64,000 nucleotides of DNA from Flavobacteriia bacterium (GTDB lineage: Bacteria > Bacteroidota > Bacteroidia > Flavobacteriales > Flavobacteriaceae): assembly GCA_013298525.1 (NCBI GenBank), contig JAAFHW010000004.1:479-64478 (forward strand). Direction: 5' to 3'. The translations under genes and the position numbers were made by a program. The notes beneath the pieces are model-generated. The model was not told the origin of the DNA. It saw nothing but the letters and a program-made list of their open reading frames with translations, and did not search any database. Positions 28,625 through 37,536 of the stretch are shown here, in pieces (positions within the stretch are counted from its first letter, which is position 1; each line of letters opens with the position of its first letter).

Positions 28625-28714
28625 AGTAAAAATAGTATTGCCCAAAAATACAAATTCCAAACTCCAACTGCAATAGTGGAATTTGGAATTTTTAAAAATA
28701 TCAGTTTTAAGAAG

Positions 28715-29578
28715 TTATTTCTTTTTCTTCTTAGTAGTAGCTTTTTTAGTAGTAGTTTTTGTTACAACCACTTTATTATTTATTGGTTTTTGAACGTATG
28801 CTTTGTATAGCCCTTCAGCAATTGCTCTCTGTTTAGCAGTTTCAGCTCTGTCTTTTGGGTCTGGATGTGAACTCATCATTCTTGATAAAAAATCGGATGA
28901 TGCACCACCACTTTGAGAAGCTAATAAGTTAAAAGCAGATTCAACTGCGTTTACATCATAACCATGTTTCTTCATAAAATCATATGAAAAAGTATCTGCT
29001 TCAGATTCTTGTTTTCTGCTGTGTTTGCTGTCTAACATTGCGTTTCCAATTTGACCTAATTGGCTGTCTGTTAGTTTGGCAACTTTATCAGATTGCGATG
29101 AAACAGCATCAATCAATGCAGCTTTTCTTAACGCAGCTTTCATAGCGTCTTTCGTGTCTTCATTAGCAACGTGACCAATTTCGTGACCAATAACGGCAAG
29201 CAATTGATTGTCATCCATAATATCCATTAAACCTGAATAAACACGAACACTACCATCTGCAGTTGCAAATGCATTTACATCTTTTGTTAGATATACTTTG
29301 TAGTTTAATGCTAATCCGTTTTCGCTTGCATGTTTCCCAAAAATTCTGTTTAGTCTAAGTGTATAACCATCTTTTGGTCCAGCTACAACATTAGTTGAAT
29401 CCATTTTTTTAACAGCTTCTTTAGATAATTTTGCTGCATCTTCATTAGAAAATGTAAAGCTTGCAACTCCATTTTGTAAAGCACCAAGAGCTTTTTCTCC
29501 CAAGTTAATTTGAGCATTTGCTTTAGAAATATTTAAAATAACTAATAAAGCAATTGTTAAAAATGATTTGATTTTCAT
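28715..29578 (-). CDS. Secreted M48 family zinc metallopeptidase
   Basis: Signal peptide, HEIGH motif in AVIGHEIGHVANED, lysine/threonine-rich C-terminal tail. Confidence 0.85.
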   Translation of the reverse strand: MKIKSFLTIALLVILNISKANAQINLGEKALGALQNGVASFTFSNEDAAKLSKEAVKKMDSTNVVAGPKDGYTLRLNRIFGKHASENGLALNYKVYLTKDVNAFATADGSVRVYSGLMDIMDDNQLLAVIGHEIGHVANEDTKDAMKAALRKAALIDAVSSQSDKVAKLTDSQLGQIGNAMLDSKHSRKQESEADTFSYDFMKKHGYDVNAVESAFNLLASQSGGASSDFLSRMMSSHPDPKDRAETAKQRAIAEGLYKAYVQKPINNKVVVTKTTTKKATTKKKKK

Positions 29579-29713
29579 TGTATTATAATTTAATAAATTA
29601 AAGAGCAAAGATAAAATAAGTTTGATAATAAATTTGTAGTATTAATTTGTTTAATTGATTTGAAATTTAATAAAATAAACGATATTTGCACAAATAACTA
29701 CAACGATTTCGTA

Positions 29714-30724
29714 ATGGAAGAACGCAATAAAACCTTAGGTGAATTTATCATTGAAAATCAAAATGCTTTTCAGTATTCCTCAGGAGAATTATCAAGAATT
29801 ATAAACTCAATTCGACTGGCAGCAAAAGTTGTTAACTACAAAGTAAATAAAGCTGGATTGGTTGATATTGTTGGAGCTGCAGGAGAACAAAATGTTCAAG
29901 GTGAAGACCAACAAAAATTGGATGTTTATGCCAATGAAGTTTTTATTCAAACGTTGATCAATCGTGAAATTGTGTGTGGAATCGCTTCAGAAGAAAATGA
30001 CGATTTTATTACTGTTGCAGGTTCAGATAATTCTCATAGTAATAAATATGTGGTTTTAATGGATCCTTTAGATGGTTCATCTAATATTGATGTCAATGTT
30101 TCTGTTGGAACAATTTTTTCTGTTTTTAGAAGAAAAACTCCTGTTGGAACTCCAGTAACAAGTGAAGATTTTTTACAACCAGGAACACAACAAGTAGCTG
30201 CAGGATATGTAATTTATGGAACTTCAACCATGTTGGTTTATACAACTGGTCATGGTGTAAATGGTTTTACTTTAAATCCAGCTATTGGAACTTTTTATCT
30301 TTCACATCCAAATATGCAGTATCCAAAAGATGGAACTATTTATTCGATAAATGAAGGAAATTATGTGCATTTTCCTCAAGGAGTGAAAGATTATATAAAA
30401 TATTGTCAGTTAGAAGAAGGAGACAGACCTTATACTTCAAGATATATTGGAAGTCTAGTTTCCGATATGCATCGAAACATGATTAAAGGTGGAATTTATA
30501 TTTATCCAACAAGTTCAAAAGCTCCAAATGGTAAACTTAGATTGTTGTATGAATGTAATCCAATGGCTTTTATTGCTGAGCAAGCTGGCGGAAAAGCAAT
30601 TGATGGTTATAGAAGAATTATGGAAATTCAACCAACAGAATTGCACCAAAGAGTACCTTTTTTCTGTGGAAGTTACAATATGGTTAGTAAGGCAGAAGAA
30701 TTTATGAAAGCATCTGATTTGTAG
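29714..30724 (+). CDS. fbp: Fructose-1,6-bisphosphatase, class 1
   Basis: Motifs [21 protein letters not shown] and [12 protein letters not shown] at 29714 preferred over the TTG at 29660. Confidence 0.93.
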   Translation: MEERNKTLGEFIIENQNAFQYSSGELSRIINSIRLAAKVVNYKVNKAGLVDIVGAAGEQNVQGEDQQKLDVYANEVFIQTLINREIVCGIASEENDDFITVAGSDNSHSNKYVVLMDPLDGSSNIDVNVSVGTIFSVFRRKTPVGTPVTSEDFLQPGTQQVAAGYVIYGTSTMLVYTTGHGVNGFTLNPAIGTFYLSHPNMQYPKDGTIYSINEGNYVHFPQGVKDYIKYCQLEEGDRPYTSRYIGSLVSDMHRNMIKGGIYIYPTSSKAPNGKLRLLYECNPMAFIAEQAGGKAIDGYRRIMEIQPTELHQRVPFFCGSYNMVSKAEEFMKASDL

Positions 30725-30782
30725 AACAAATTCTACAAATACATAAAATACTGAAAAGTAGCTTAGTTGAAAGAAAAATTAC

Positions 30783-30790
30783 TAAATTTG
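30783..30790 (+). promoter_or_regulatory. Candidate Bacteroidota -7 promoter box (TAnnTTTG) for the GTPase module
   Basis: TAAATTTG lies 35 nt upstream of the ATG at 30825. No convincing -33 element at ideal spacing. Confidence 0.3.
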
Positions 30791-30824
30791 CAAACATTTT
30801 TTTCAACAAAAACTACTTACTTAT

Positions 30825-31187
30825 ATGTCTAAAAATCAATCAAAAGAAACAGAAGCTCCAGCAGTAAACCCACTAGAATCTGCTCAAAGATTGGAAGCTA
30901 TCAAAAACCTGATTTTTGGTGAAAACATTCAGCAAATTGATCAGGAATTTCAAGATATTAAAAATCACATTGAAAAAAGAAAAGAGGAATTAGAAGACTT
31001 TATTGCTGAAACTCGTAAGGAGTTGAACAGTACTATCGATAATTTAGCTACCGATTTAAACATCAGAATTACTGATTTAGAGAACAGTATGAATGATAAA
31101 ACGGATGAATTAAACCACAAAAAAGTCGATAGAAACTTACTTGGAACGCTTCTAGTTTCTATGGGTGAAAAAATAATGAAGGACTAA
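30825..31187 (+). CDS. Hypothetical cytoplasmic coiled-coil protein (120 aa), first gene of the GTPase module
   Basis: Heptad-rich acidic sequence, no signal peptide or TM segment. N-terminal motif LEAIKNLIFGEN resembles the N-terminus of the next ORF. Confidence 0.6.
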   Translation: MSKNQSKETEAPAVNPLESAQRLEAIKNLIFGENIQQIDQEFQDIKNHIEKRKEELEDFIAETRKELNSTIDNLATDLNIRITDLENSMNDKTDELNHKKVDRNLLGTLLVSMGEKIMKD

Positions 31188-31196
31188 TTCATTATT

Positions 31197-31988
31197 ATGA
31201 CAGATTCAGAGAAATTAATTAAGCTCAAAGAACTTCTTCTTAGTGAGGACAGAGATTTTGCGCAAAATATTTTACAAAAATTAGATTCTCTTGAAGATAC
31301 GGTTAACACGCACGAAAAACTTTCTGAAAAAGTAAACCCAATTATTGATAAAAAAATAGACACTTTTGTGGAAGAAATTCCAACAAAATTAGGTCCAGTT
31401 ATTGCCGATGCTTTAACTAAATCGCAAGATAAAGTGGTGGAAGCTCTTTTTCCAATCATTGGTAAAATGATAAAGAAATACATTCAGCAAGAAATAAAAG
31501 CGCTTTCAGATTCTATTAATAGCCAAGTTCAAACTACTTTTTCAATTAAAACCTGGCAACGAAAAGTTAAAGCGATTTTCACAGGAGTTTCCGAAAAAGA
31601 AATCATTTTGAGCGAAATGAATCAAGCGTCTGTCGAACAAGTTTTCGTTATAGAAAAAGGTTCAGGTTTGATTATTTCAAGTGCATCCAAACAAGAAAGT
31701 ATCGATGAAGATATGATTGCTGGTATGTTAACAGCGATTAAAAGTTTCGTTGAAGATGCCTTCAAAAAAGACCAACAAAGCTTAGAATCAATTCAATATG
31801 AATTATTTGAAATTCACATTCAAAATTTTACTTCCTATTATTTTGCAGTTGTAATTTCAGGAGGATTTGATGCTTTTTTCAAAAATAAATTAGAAAATAA
31901 ATTATTCGATATTGCTTCTCATATTAAAACAGATGCTATCGATAAAGAATATATAACCATTAAGTTAACAGAATTCATCCATGAATAG
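31197..31988 (+). CDS. Hypothetical protein with helical N-terminal half and Roadblock/LC7 (MglB)-like C-terminal domain
   Basis: Residues ~143-245 (VEQVFVIEKGSGLIISS...DEDMIAGMLTAIKSFVEDAF...YELFEIHIQNFTSYYFAVVISGG) have the strand-helix-strand pattern of Roadblock/LC7 domains. Inference only. The stop overlaps the GTPase start by 8 nt. Confidence 0.6.
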   Translation: MTDSEKLIKLKELLLSEDRDFAQNILQKLDSLEDTVNTHEKLSEKVNPIIDKKIDTFVEEIPTKLGPVIADALTKSQDKVVEALFPIIGKMIKKYIQQEIKALSDSINSQVQTTFSIKTWQRKVKAIFTGVSEKEIILSEMNQASVEQVFVIEKGSGLIISSASKQESIDEDMIAGMLTAIKSFVEDAFKKDQQSLESIQYELFEIHIQNFTSYYFAVVISGGFDAFFKNKLENKLFDIASHIKTDAIDKEYITIKLTEFIHE

Positions 31989-32475
31989 TTCGAAAAAAGT
32001 TGTTTTAGTAGGACATTTTGGTGTTGGAAAATCTTCTTTGATGAGGCGATTTGTTCAAAACACATTTTCTGATAATTATATTGTTACTATTGGTGTTCAT
32101 ATTCTCAAAAAAGAAATTAAAATTGAAGAACTAAATCTAACTTTAGTAATTTGGGATATTGAAGGAAAAGACGATATTCAAAAAGTACGTTCGTCTTATC
32201 TTTTAGGTACTTCAGGATTTATTTATGTTATCGATCCAACGCGTTCACAAACCTATGAACGATTTAATGAAGAGATTGATTTTTTAAAAACAACCTATCC
32301 AACTTCAAAAATTGTTTCTGTTGCCAATAAATCAGATTTAATTGATATTGAGGAATTTAAAAAATTACTAGAGCAAGAAAACATTTCAATTGACTATTTT
32401 GCAAGTGCCAAAGAAGGAATTGAAGTTGAAAATTTATTTCAAACAATTGGACTGAAAATGGTAAAAAATGTTTGA
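31981..32475 (+). CDS. Ras/Rab-like small GTPase (prokaryotic Ras superfamily)
   Basis: G1 GHFGVGKS, switch I T in VTIGV, G3 WDIEG, G4 NKSD, G5 SAK. 164 aa, no lipidation tail. Confidence 0.85.
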   Translation: MNSSKKVVLVGHFGVGKSSLMRRFVQNTFSDNYIVTIGVHILKKEIKIEELNLTLVIWDIEGKDDIQKVRSSYLLGTSGFIYVIDPTRSQTYERFNEEIDFLKTTYPTSKIVSVANKSDLIDIEEFKKLLEQENISIDYFASAKEGIEVENLFQTIGLKMVKNV

Positions 32476-33985
32476 GCAAATTAGAAATAAATATCTCTAT
32501 AATAAAACTCAAATTGTAGTTTTAGACAAGCAAGGAATTGTTTTGCATTCCGATGATTTGCTTTATAAAATTCAGAAACAAACTTCAATTTCTGATTTTC
32601 ATCCTTTTTTTGAGACCATTATTTCTTTAATTGATTTAGAATACAACGAGTTTACATTTAGCTGTATTCATATTGATTATGAAGGAATTAAAAAAACTAT
32701 TGACGTCATTTTCAATTCAGGTTCAAATAATGAAAATCCGTTTCTAATTTTTATTGACTTTACAGAACACTACAATAATTTTCAAAGCATAGCCCAAGAA
32801 AAAAATGAATCTGTTCTTAGTTTTCATTTGGCAGAAATAAAAAACCAGCAATTACAATCGGAGAAGAATTTTAAAAACAAATTCTTAGCCAATGTAAGTC
32901 ATGATTTGAAAACACCATTAAGCGCTTCGTTATGGTTTTTGGGAATGTTAGAAAAATCTGAAATCACTTCTTCTCAAAAAGAAATGATTGCATTAATGAA
33001 GGAAACAACAAATCATATAAAAGAGCTAGTAGATGATATTTTAGATTTATCAAAAATAGAAATGGGGCAAATAAAACTTCAAACTGCTCCATTCGATTTT
33101 ATTGAAATGCTTTACCATATTGAAAAAATTATAGCTCCAAAAGCAAGAACAAAAAAGCTTGATTTTCAAATTGTAAAAGATAAAAACCTGCCAAAATTAG
33201 TGGTTGGTGATAAAACTAGAATTGTGCAAATCATTATCAATTTGCTAGATAATGCTATAAAATTTACCAAAAAAGGCAGTGTTGTTCTTTCAGTTGTTGT
33301 AAAAGAAATTGAAAGTAATAATGCTACAATTTTGATAAAAGTTGCCGATACAGGAACAGGAATAAAAGCTAATGAAAAAGGCGAAGTTTTTCAAAGTTTC
33401 AAAAAACTTCACGATTCCAAAAAAATTGATGGTTCTGGTTTAGGACTTTCTATTGTTTCAAATCTATTAGAATTAATGGGAGGTAAAATAGATTATCAAA
33501 CAGAATTAAATGTCGGTACCACTTTTGAGATTGAAATTCCTTTAGAAATTAAAGAAAGTGAAGTTGGTACTAAACCATTTGAATTTATTGAAATCATCAA
33601 TAAACTTAATGTACTTATTGTAGAAGACGATGAAATTAATCAACTTTTATTGATGAAATTGTTATTAAATCATGGTGGATTTAATATTAATATTGCTAAT
33701 AATGGTTTGCAAGCTATTGAAATGGTAGAACAAAATCCATATGATTTAATTTTTATGGATAAAGAAATGCCCCAAATGGATGGCTATCAAACTACAGTTG
33801 TTTTGAGGGAAAATATAAAAAAAGAAATTAATTCTATTCCAATTATTGGCGTTTCAGGCCATCCTGTTGCTAATCAAAAGGAGATTTTTGACGCAATGGG
33901 TTTTAATGGGTATATAACAAAGCCATACAAGAAAGAAGAAATTTATGAAATGGTTTATGAAGTATTAAAACTAAAAAAGTCCTAA
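32468..33985 (+). CDS. Soluble hybrid sensor histidine kinase/response regulator
   Basis: H box SHDLKTP (His codon 32900-32902), N box LLDNAIKFT, DTGTGI, GSGLGLSI. C-terminal receiver (VEDDE, FMDKEMPQMDG, ITKP). No TM segment. The first ~130 aa are unassigned. Confidence 0.9.
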   Translation: MFEQIRNKYLYNKTQIVVLDKQGIVLHSDDLLYKIQKQTSISDFHPFFETIISLIDLEYNEFTFSCIHIDYEGIKKTIDVIFNSGSNNENPFLIFIDFTEHYNNFQSIAQEKNESVLSFHLAEIKNQQLQSEKNFKNKFLANVSHDLKTPLSASLWFLGMLEKSEITSSQKEMIALMKETTNHIKELVDDILDLSKIEMGQIKLQTAPFDFIEMLYHIEKIIAPKARTKKLDFQIVKDKNLPKLVVGDKTRIVQIIINLLDNAIKFTKKGSVVLSVVVKEIESNNATILIKVADTGTGIKANEKGEVFQSFKKLHDSKKIDGSGLGLSIVSNLLELMGGKIDYQTELNVGTTFEIEIPLEIKESEVGTKPFEFIEIINKLNVLIVEDDEINQLLLMKLLLNHGGFNINIANNGLQAIEMVEQNPYDLIFMDKEMPQMDGYQTTVVLRENIKKEINSIPIIGVSGHPVANQKEIFDAMGFNGYITKPYKKEEIYEMVYEVLKLKKS

Positions 33986-34003
33986 GAAATTAGGACTTTT
34001 TTA
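33975..34003. terminator. Bidirectional terminator overlapping the kinase stop codon
   Basis: AAAAAGTCCTAA-GAAA-TTAGGACTTTTTT. Confidence 0.65.
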
Positions 34004-34023
34004 TATTTTAAAGAATAATTATA

Positions 34024-34455
34024 TTACTTATTCATGTGAGTCATTTCAAAAGTAAATGTGTCTAAATCAACACCCATTACTAATAAAGACAATGCTTTGT
34101 CAACTATGTAATTTACATTTCCTGGAGTAAAACCTAATGCCAAAGCAAAACGAGTTAAAATTTCTTTTTGCTTAGGTCCAAGAATGTGATCTGCATAAAC
34201 CATTCTTGATAAATCATACAAACGCTCCAATCTGTGCGCATAAGAATACGGCGGATTGATTGGGTATTTCAATGGATTTTCAAGAATTTCTTCATATTCA
34301 GCTGCCGAAATTTCTAATCTTACAGCTAGCTTATCCAAAAATTCTTTTTCTTCTTTGCTCAAATCTCCGTCAGAAGTGGCAACACGAACAATAGCCGAAA
34401 AATGACCTTTATTTCTCGTTTTAAATTCGCTATCAAATAAATCTGAAAATGACAT
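34024..34455 (-). CDS. TerB-like (tellurite-resistance TerB / DjlA N-domain-like) protein
   Basis: Pattern AIVRVATSDGDLSKEEKEFLDKLAVRLEIS is typical of the TerB fold. ATG at 34455 preferred over the TTG. Confidence 0.55.
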   Translation of the reverse strand: MSFSDLFDSEFKTRNKGHFSAIVRVATSDGDLSKEEKEFLDKLAVRLEISAAEYEEILENPLKYPINPPYSYAHRLERLYDLSRMVYADHILGPKQKEILTRFALALGFTPGNVNYIVDKALSLLVMGVDLDTFTFEMTHMNK

Positions 34456-34599
34456 AATTATAATGGTTTTATTATGCAAATATAATTCAAATTCCTCAAA
34501 AACCGAAAATGTTTTTCATCGAATTTAAGATAATCTTTTCTGCCAAATTCAAAATAAATTGTAAGTTTACATTCCTAAAAATTGCTAAAAACTCAACCT

Positions 34600-35193
34600 A
34601 TGTCAGATTTTTGGATTTATTTCAAAATTGGTCTCAACCACGTTTTAGACATCAATGGCTATGACCACGTTTTATTTTTAATTGCATTAACCGTTCCTTA
34701 CGCTTTTAAGGATTGGAAAAGAGTACTTTTATTAGTAACCATTTTCACCATCGGACACACACTAGCTTTGATGCTTTCTGTTTTTAATATCGTAACTGTT
34801 CAAGCTAATATTGTCGAATTTCTGATTCCAATTACGATTCTAATAACGGCATTTTTTAACCTTTTTACCGCCGGAAAATCATCCAAACAAGAAAGCATAA
34901 CCTTTATTGGAGCCATAACTTTATTCTTCGGAATCATTCACGGATTAGGGTTTTCTAACTATTTTAAAGAAATCCTTCCAGGAAAACCAACTGACAAATT
35001 GTGGCCATTACTAGAATTCGCAATCGGAATTGAAGCCGCGCAAATTATTGTAGTTTTAGTAGTTTTAATTTTATCATTCATTGTTCAAACCTTATTCCGA
35101 TTCAGCAAACGCGATTTTACATTAACCATGTCAGCATTTGTCATTGGAGTTGTAATTCCGTTAATTATTGAAAGTCCAATTTGGAAACGATAA
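34600..35193 (+). CDS. HupE/UreJ family membrane protein
   Basis: N-terminal GLNHVLDINGYDHVLFLIAL and six hydrophobic segments. Confidence 0.8.
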   Translation: MSDFWIYFKIGLNHVLDINGYDHVLFLIALTVPYAFKDWKRVLLLVTIFTIGHTLALMLSVFNIVTVQANIVEFLIPITILITAFFNLFTAGKSSKQESITFIGAITLFFGIIHGLGFSNYFKEILPGKPTDKLWPLLEFAIGIEAAQIIVVLVVLILSFIVQTLFRFSKRDFTLTMSAFVIGVVIPLIIESPIWKR

Positions 35194-35237
35194 TCTTGGA
35201 TTAGAAGCAAATCAGTAGTTATATTTGTAAACCATTT

Positions 35238-35304
35238 TCCTGCTTTTCGTTGCAATCTTTTCTTTAAAAAAAGAAAAGTATTTCCTCTACAATCAGGGCT
35301 AAAG
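35238..35304. repeat. Second copy of the conserved-flank stem-loop repeat seen at 561-660
   Basis: TCCTGCTTTTCGTTGCAATCTTTTC-TTTAAAAAAA-GAAAAGTATTTCCTCTACAATCAGGGCTAA. The flanks align with copy 1 but the central hairpin differs. Confidence 0.55.
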
Positions 35305-35345
35305 GAGATACCATTTGAATAGAGTTCAGAAATAAATAAAATAAA

Positions 35346-35364
35346 CTTTGTGCCTTCGTGCCTT
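35346..35364. repeat. GTGCC-type short repeat related to 3061-3231
   Basis: CTTTGTGCCTTCGTGCCTT. Confidence 0.5.
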
Positions 35365-35384
35365 AAATAAATAATGAAGAGATA

Positions 35385-35399
35385 CTGAAACAAGTTCAG
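35385..35399. repeat. CTGAAACAAGTTCAG palindromic element
   Basis: Identical 15-mer to 20901-20915. Confidence 0.75.
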
Positions 35400-35406
35400 C
35401 ATTAAT

Positions 35407-35835
35407 ATGAAAGACAAAAAACAAAATAAATACGATAAAGCCTATTTAAGAATCGCTTCCGAATGGAGCAAACTTTCTTATTGTAAGCGCAAGCAAGTAG
35501 GCGCAATAATTGTTCGCGACCGAATGATAATTTCCGATGGTTACAACGGAACACCATCAGGATTTGAAAACTGCTGTGAAGATAATGAAGGACTAACACA
35601 ATGGTATGTGCTTCATGCTGAGGCAAATGCTATTTTAAAAGTGGCACGTTCTACACAATCTTGCGATAACGCTACTTTATATATTACACTTTCTCCTTGT
35701 AAAGAATGTAGTAAACTAATTCACCAATCAGGAATAAAACGAGTGGTTTATCAAAACGGTTATCGCGACACCTCAGGAATTGATTTCCTTGAAAAAGCTG
35801 GAATCGAAGTTTCTCAAATTGAAGAGTTAGATTAA
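35407..35835 (+). CDS. dCMP deaminase (ComEB-like)
   Basis: Zinc motifs HAEANAI and PCKECSKLI, 142 aa. Confidence 0.9.
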   Translation: MKDKKQNKYDKAYLRIASEWSKLSYCKRKQVGAIIVRDRMIISDGYNGTPSGFENCCEDNEGLTQWYVLHAEANAILKVARSTQSCDNATLYITLSPCKECSKLIHQSGIKRVVYQNGYRDTSGIDFLEKAGIEVSQIEELD

Positions 35836-35926
35836 GTTTTATAAAGTTTTAGGAAATAATAGGATATGTTTAACGTTCCTATACTATAAACCTTTGTAAT
35901 TTTGACAAGCTAATTAATTGTTTTTC

Positions 35927-37507
35927 ATGAAAATTAATAAAATCTATTTACCATTACTTTTTTTCTCGTGCGTGGCGCTTGGCATTGTCATTGGTGGTTT
36001 GATTAATTATCCTGTAGCAAAACCTTCTTTGTCTAAAAATGATTACAAAACAAAACTCAATAAATTAATCAATTTTATTGATAATGAGTATGTTGATGAT
36101 GTAAAAACCGACTCCATTGTAGATTTAACGGTTAATAACATTCTTGCTAATCTTGATCCTCATTCGGTTTATGTTCCGCCAAGTGAGCAAACTGCTGTTG
36201 CTGAAAACATGAAAGGCGATTTCGTTGGAATTGGTGTAAATTTCTACAATTATAATGATACAATTGCCGTTATAAAACCAATAGAAAATGGTCCAGCAGA
36301 AAAAGCCGGAATCAAATCAGGTGACAGAATTTTGTATGCTGATAATTTCAAGCTTTTTGGTAAAAAACTAAAGAATGAAGTGCTTTACAGCAAATTAAAA
36401 GGCGAAAAAGAATCGGAAGTTACCTTGACAATTTACAGAAAATCTGAAAATAAAAATCTGAAAATTAAAGTAATACGCGATATCATACCTATAAAAAGTG
36501 TTGACATTGCTATCCTTTTGAATAAAACCACAGGTTACATAAAAATCAATCGTTTTGCTGAAACTACAGCCGATGAATTTCATACAGCTTTACTGAAATT
36601 GAAGAAAAGTGGCATCAATTCACTTGTAATTGATTTACGTGAAAATGGCGGCGGATTTATGGAAATGGCAGTAGAAATAGCTGACGAGTTATTGAAAGAT
36701 AAAGAATTAATAGTTTTTACTAAAAACAAAAAAGGGAGTATAGATAAAACTTTTGCAACCGATGAAGGTAATTTTGAAACTGGAAAAGTTGCTGTTTTAA
36801 TAGATGAAAACTCAGCGTCTGCAAGCGAGATTTTAGCTGGAGCCATTCAAGATAACGATAGAGGTTTGGTTTACGGAAGACGTTCTTTTGGAAAAGGATT
36901 GGTGCAACGCGAGATGGGTTTTGATGACGGTTCAGCTGTGCGATTGACCATTGCAAGATATTACACACCAAGTGGAAGAAGTATTCAAAAACCTTATGTA
37001 AAAGGTCATACTGAAGAATATTACAAAGAATCTGAAACGCGTTTTGAAAGTGGCGAATTGTATGATAAAGGCAAAATAAAAATTGCTGATTCGTTAAAAT
37101 TCAAAACCAAAAAAGGAAGAACAGTTTATGGTGGTGGCGGAATTGTTCCAGATGTTTTTGTTCCTTTAGAAGTAGAACACGGGCAAGAAAGTTTGGAATA
37201 CATACTTCAAACAGGTATCGTTGGACATTTTGTTTTTGAACAATTAGATCAAAATAGGAGTGCATTTAAAGGTGACGATTTTCAAAGGTTTCAAGCTAAG
37301 ATGCAAAACAATGAAACCTACATTAGTTTGTTTGAAAAATACCTTTCTAAAGCTGGTTTAGACATTAGTTTGAACAAAAGTAGAGCATTAGTTAATCGTT
37401 ACATCACTGCAGAATTTGCTCGTCAATTGTTTGGAGAAAATCAATATTATCAGATTATTTTGAAAGAAGATAAAATGGTGAAAACGGTTTTGAATGGTAA
37501 AAATTAA
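35927..37507 (+). CDS. ctp: S41 family C-terminal processing peptidase
   Basis: N-terminal anchor, PDZ segment (PAEKAGIKSGDRIL), LRENGGG, and SASASEI with catalytic Ser. Confidence 0.9.
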   Translation: MKINKIYLPLLFFSCVALGIVIGGLINYPVAKPSLSKNDYKTKLNKLINFIDNEYVDDVKTDSIVDLTVNNILANLDPHSVYVPPSEQTAVAENMKGDFVGIGVNFYNYNDTIAVIKPIENGPAEKAGIKSGDRILYADNFKLFGKKLKNEVLYSKLKGEKESEVTLTIYRKSENKNLKIKVIRDIIPIKSVDIAILLNKTTGYIKINRFAETTADEFHTALLKLKKSGINSLVIDLRENGGGFMEMAVEIADELLKDKELIVFTKNKKGSIDKTFATDEGNFETGKVAVLIDENSASASEILAGAIQDNDRGLVYGRRSFGKGLVQREMGFDDGSAVRLTIARYYTPSGRSIQKPYVKGHTEEYYKESETRFESGELYDKGKIKIADSLKFKTKKGRTVYGGGGIVPDVFVPLEVEHGQESLEYILQTGIVGHFVFEQLDQNRSAFKGDDFQRFQAKMQNNETYISLFEKYLSKAGLDISLNKSRALVNRYITAEFARQLFGENQYYQIILKEDKMVKTVLNGKN

Positions 37508-37536
37508 CTTTTTTTACACTTAAAGTGTAAATTAAA

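Noticed and set aside
31184-31483. 99-aa minus-strand ORF
   Set aside because: It is antisense to the second gene of the tightly coupled GTPase module. It has hydrophobic low-complexity content and no start context.
35085-35626. Minus-strand ORFs of 110 and 74 aa
   Set aside because: They run through intergenic repeat elements and lie antisense to the well-supported hupE-like and dCMP deaminase genes. This is typical repeat-derived spurious reading.
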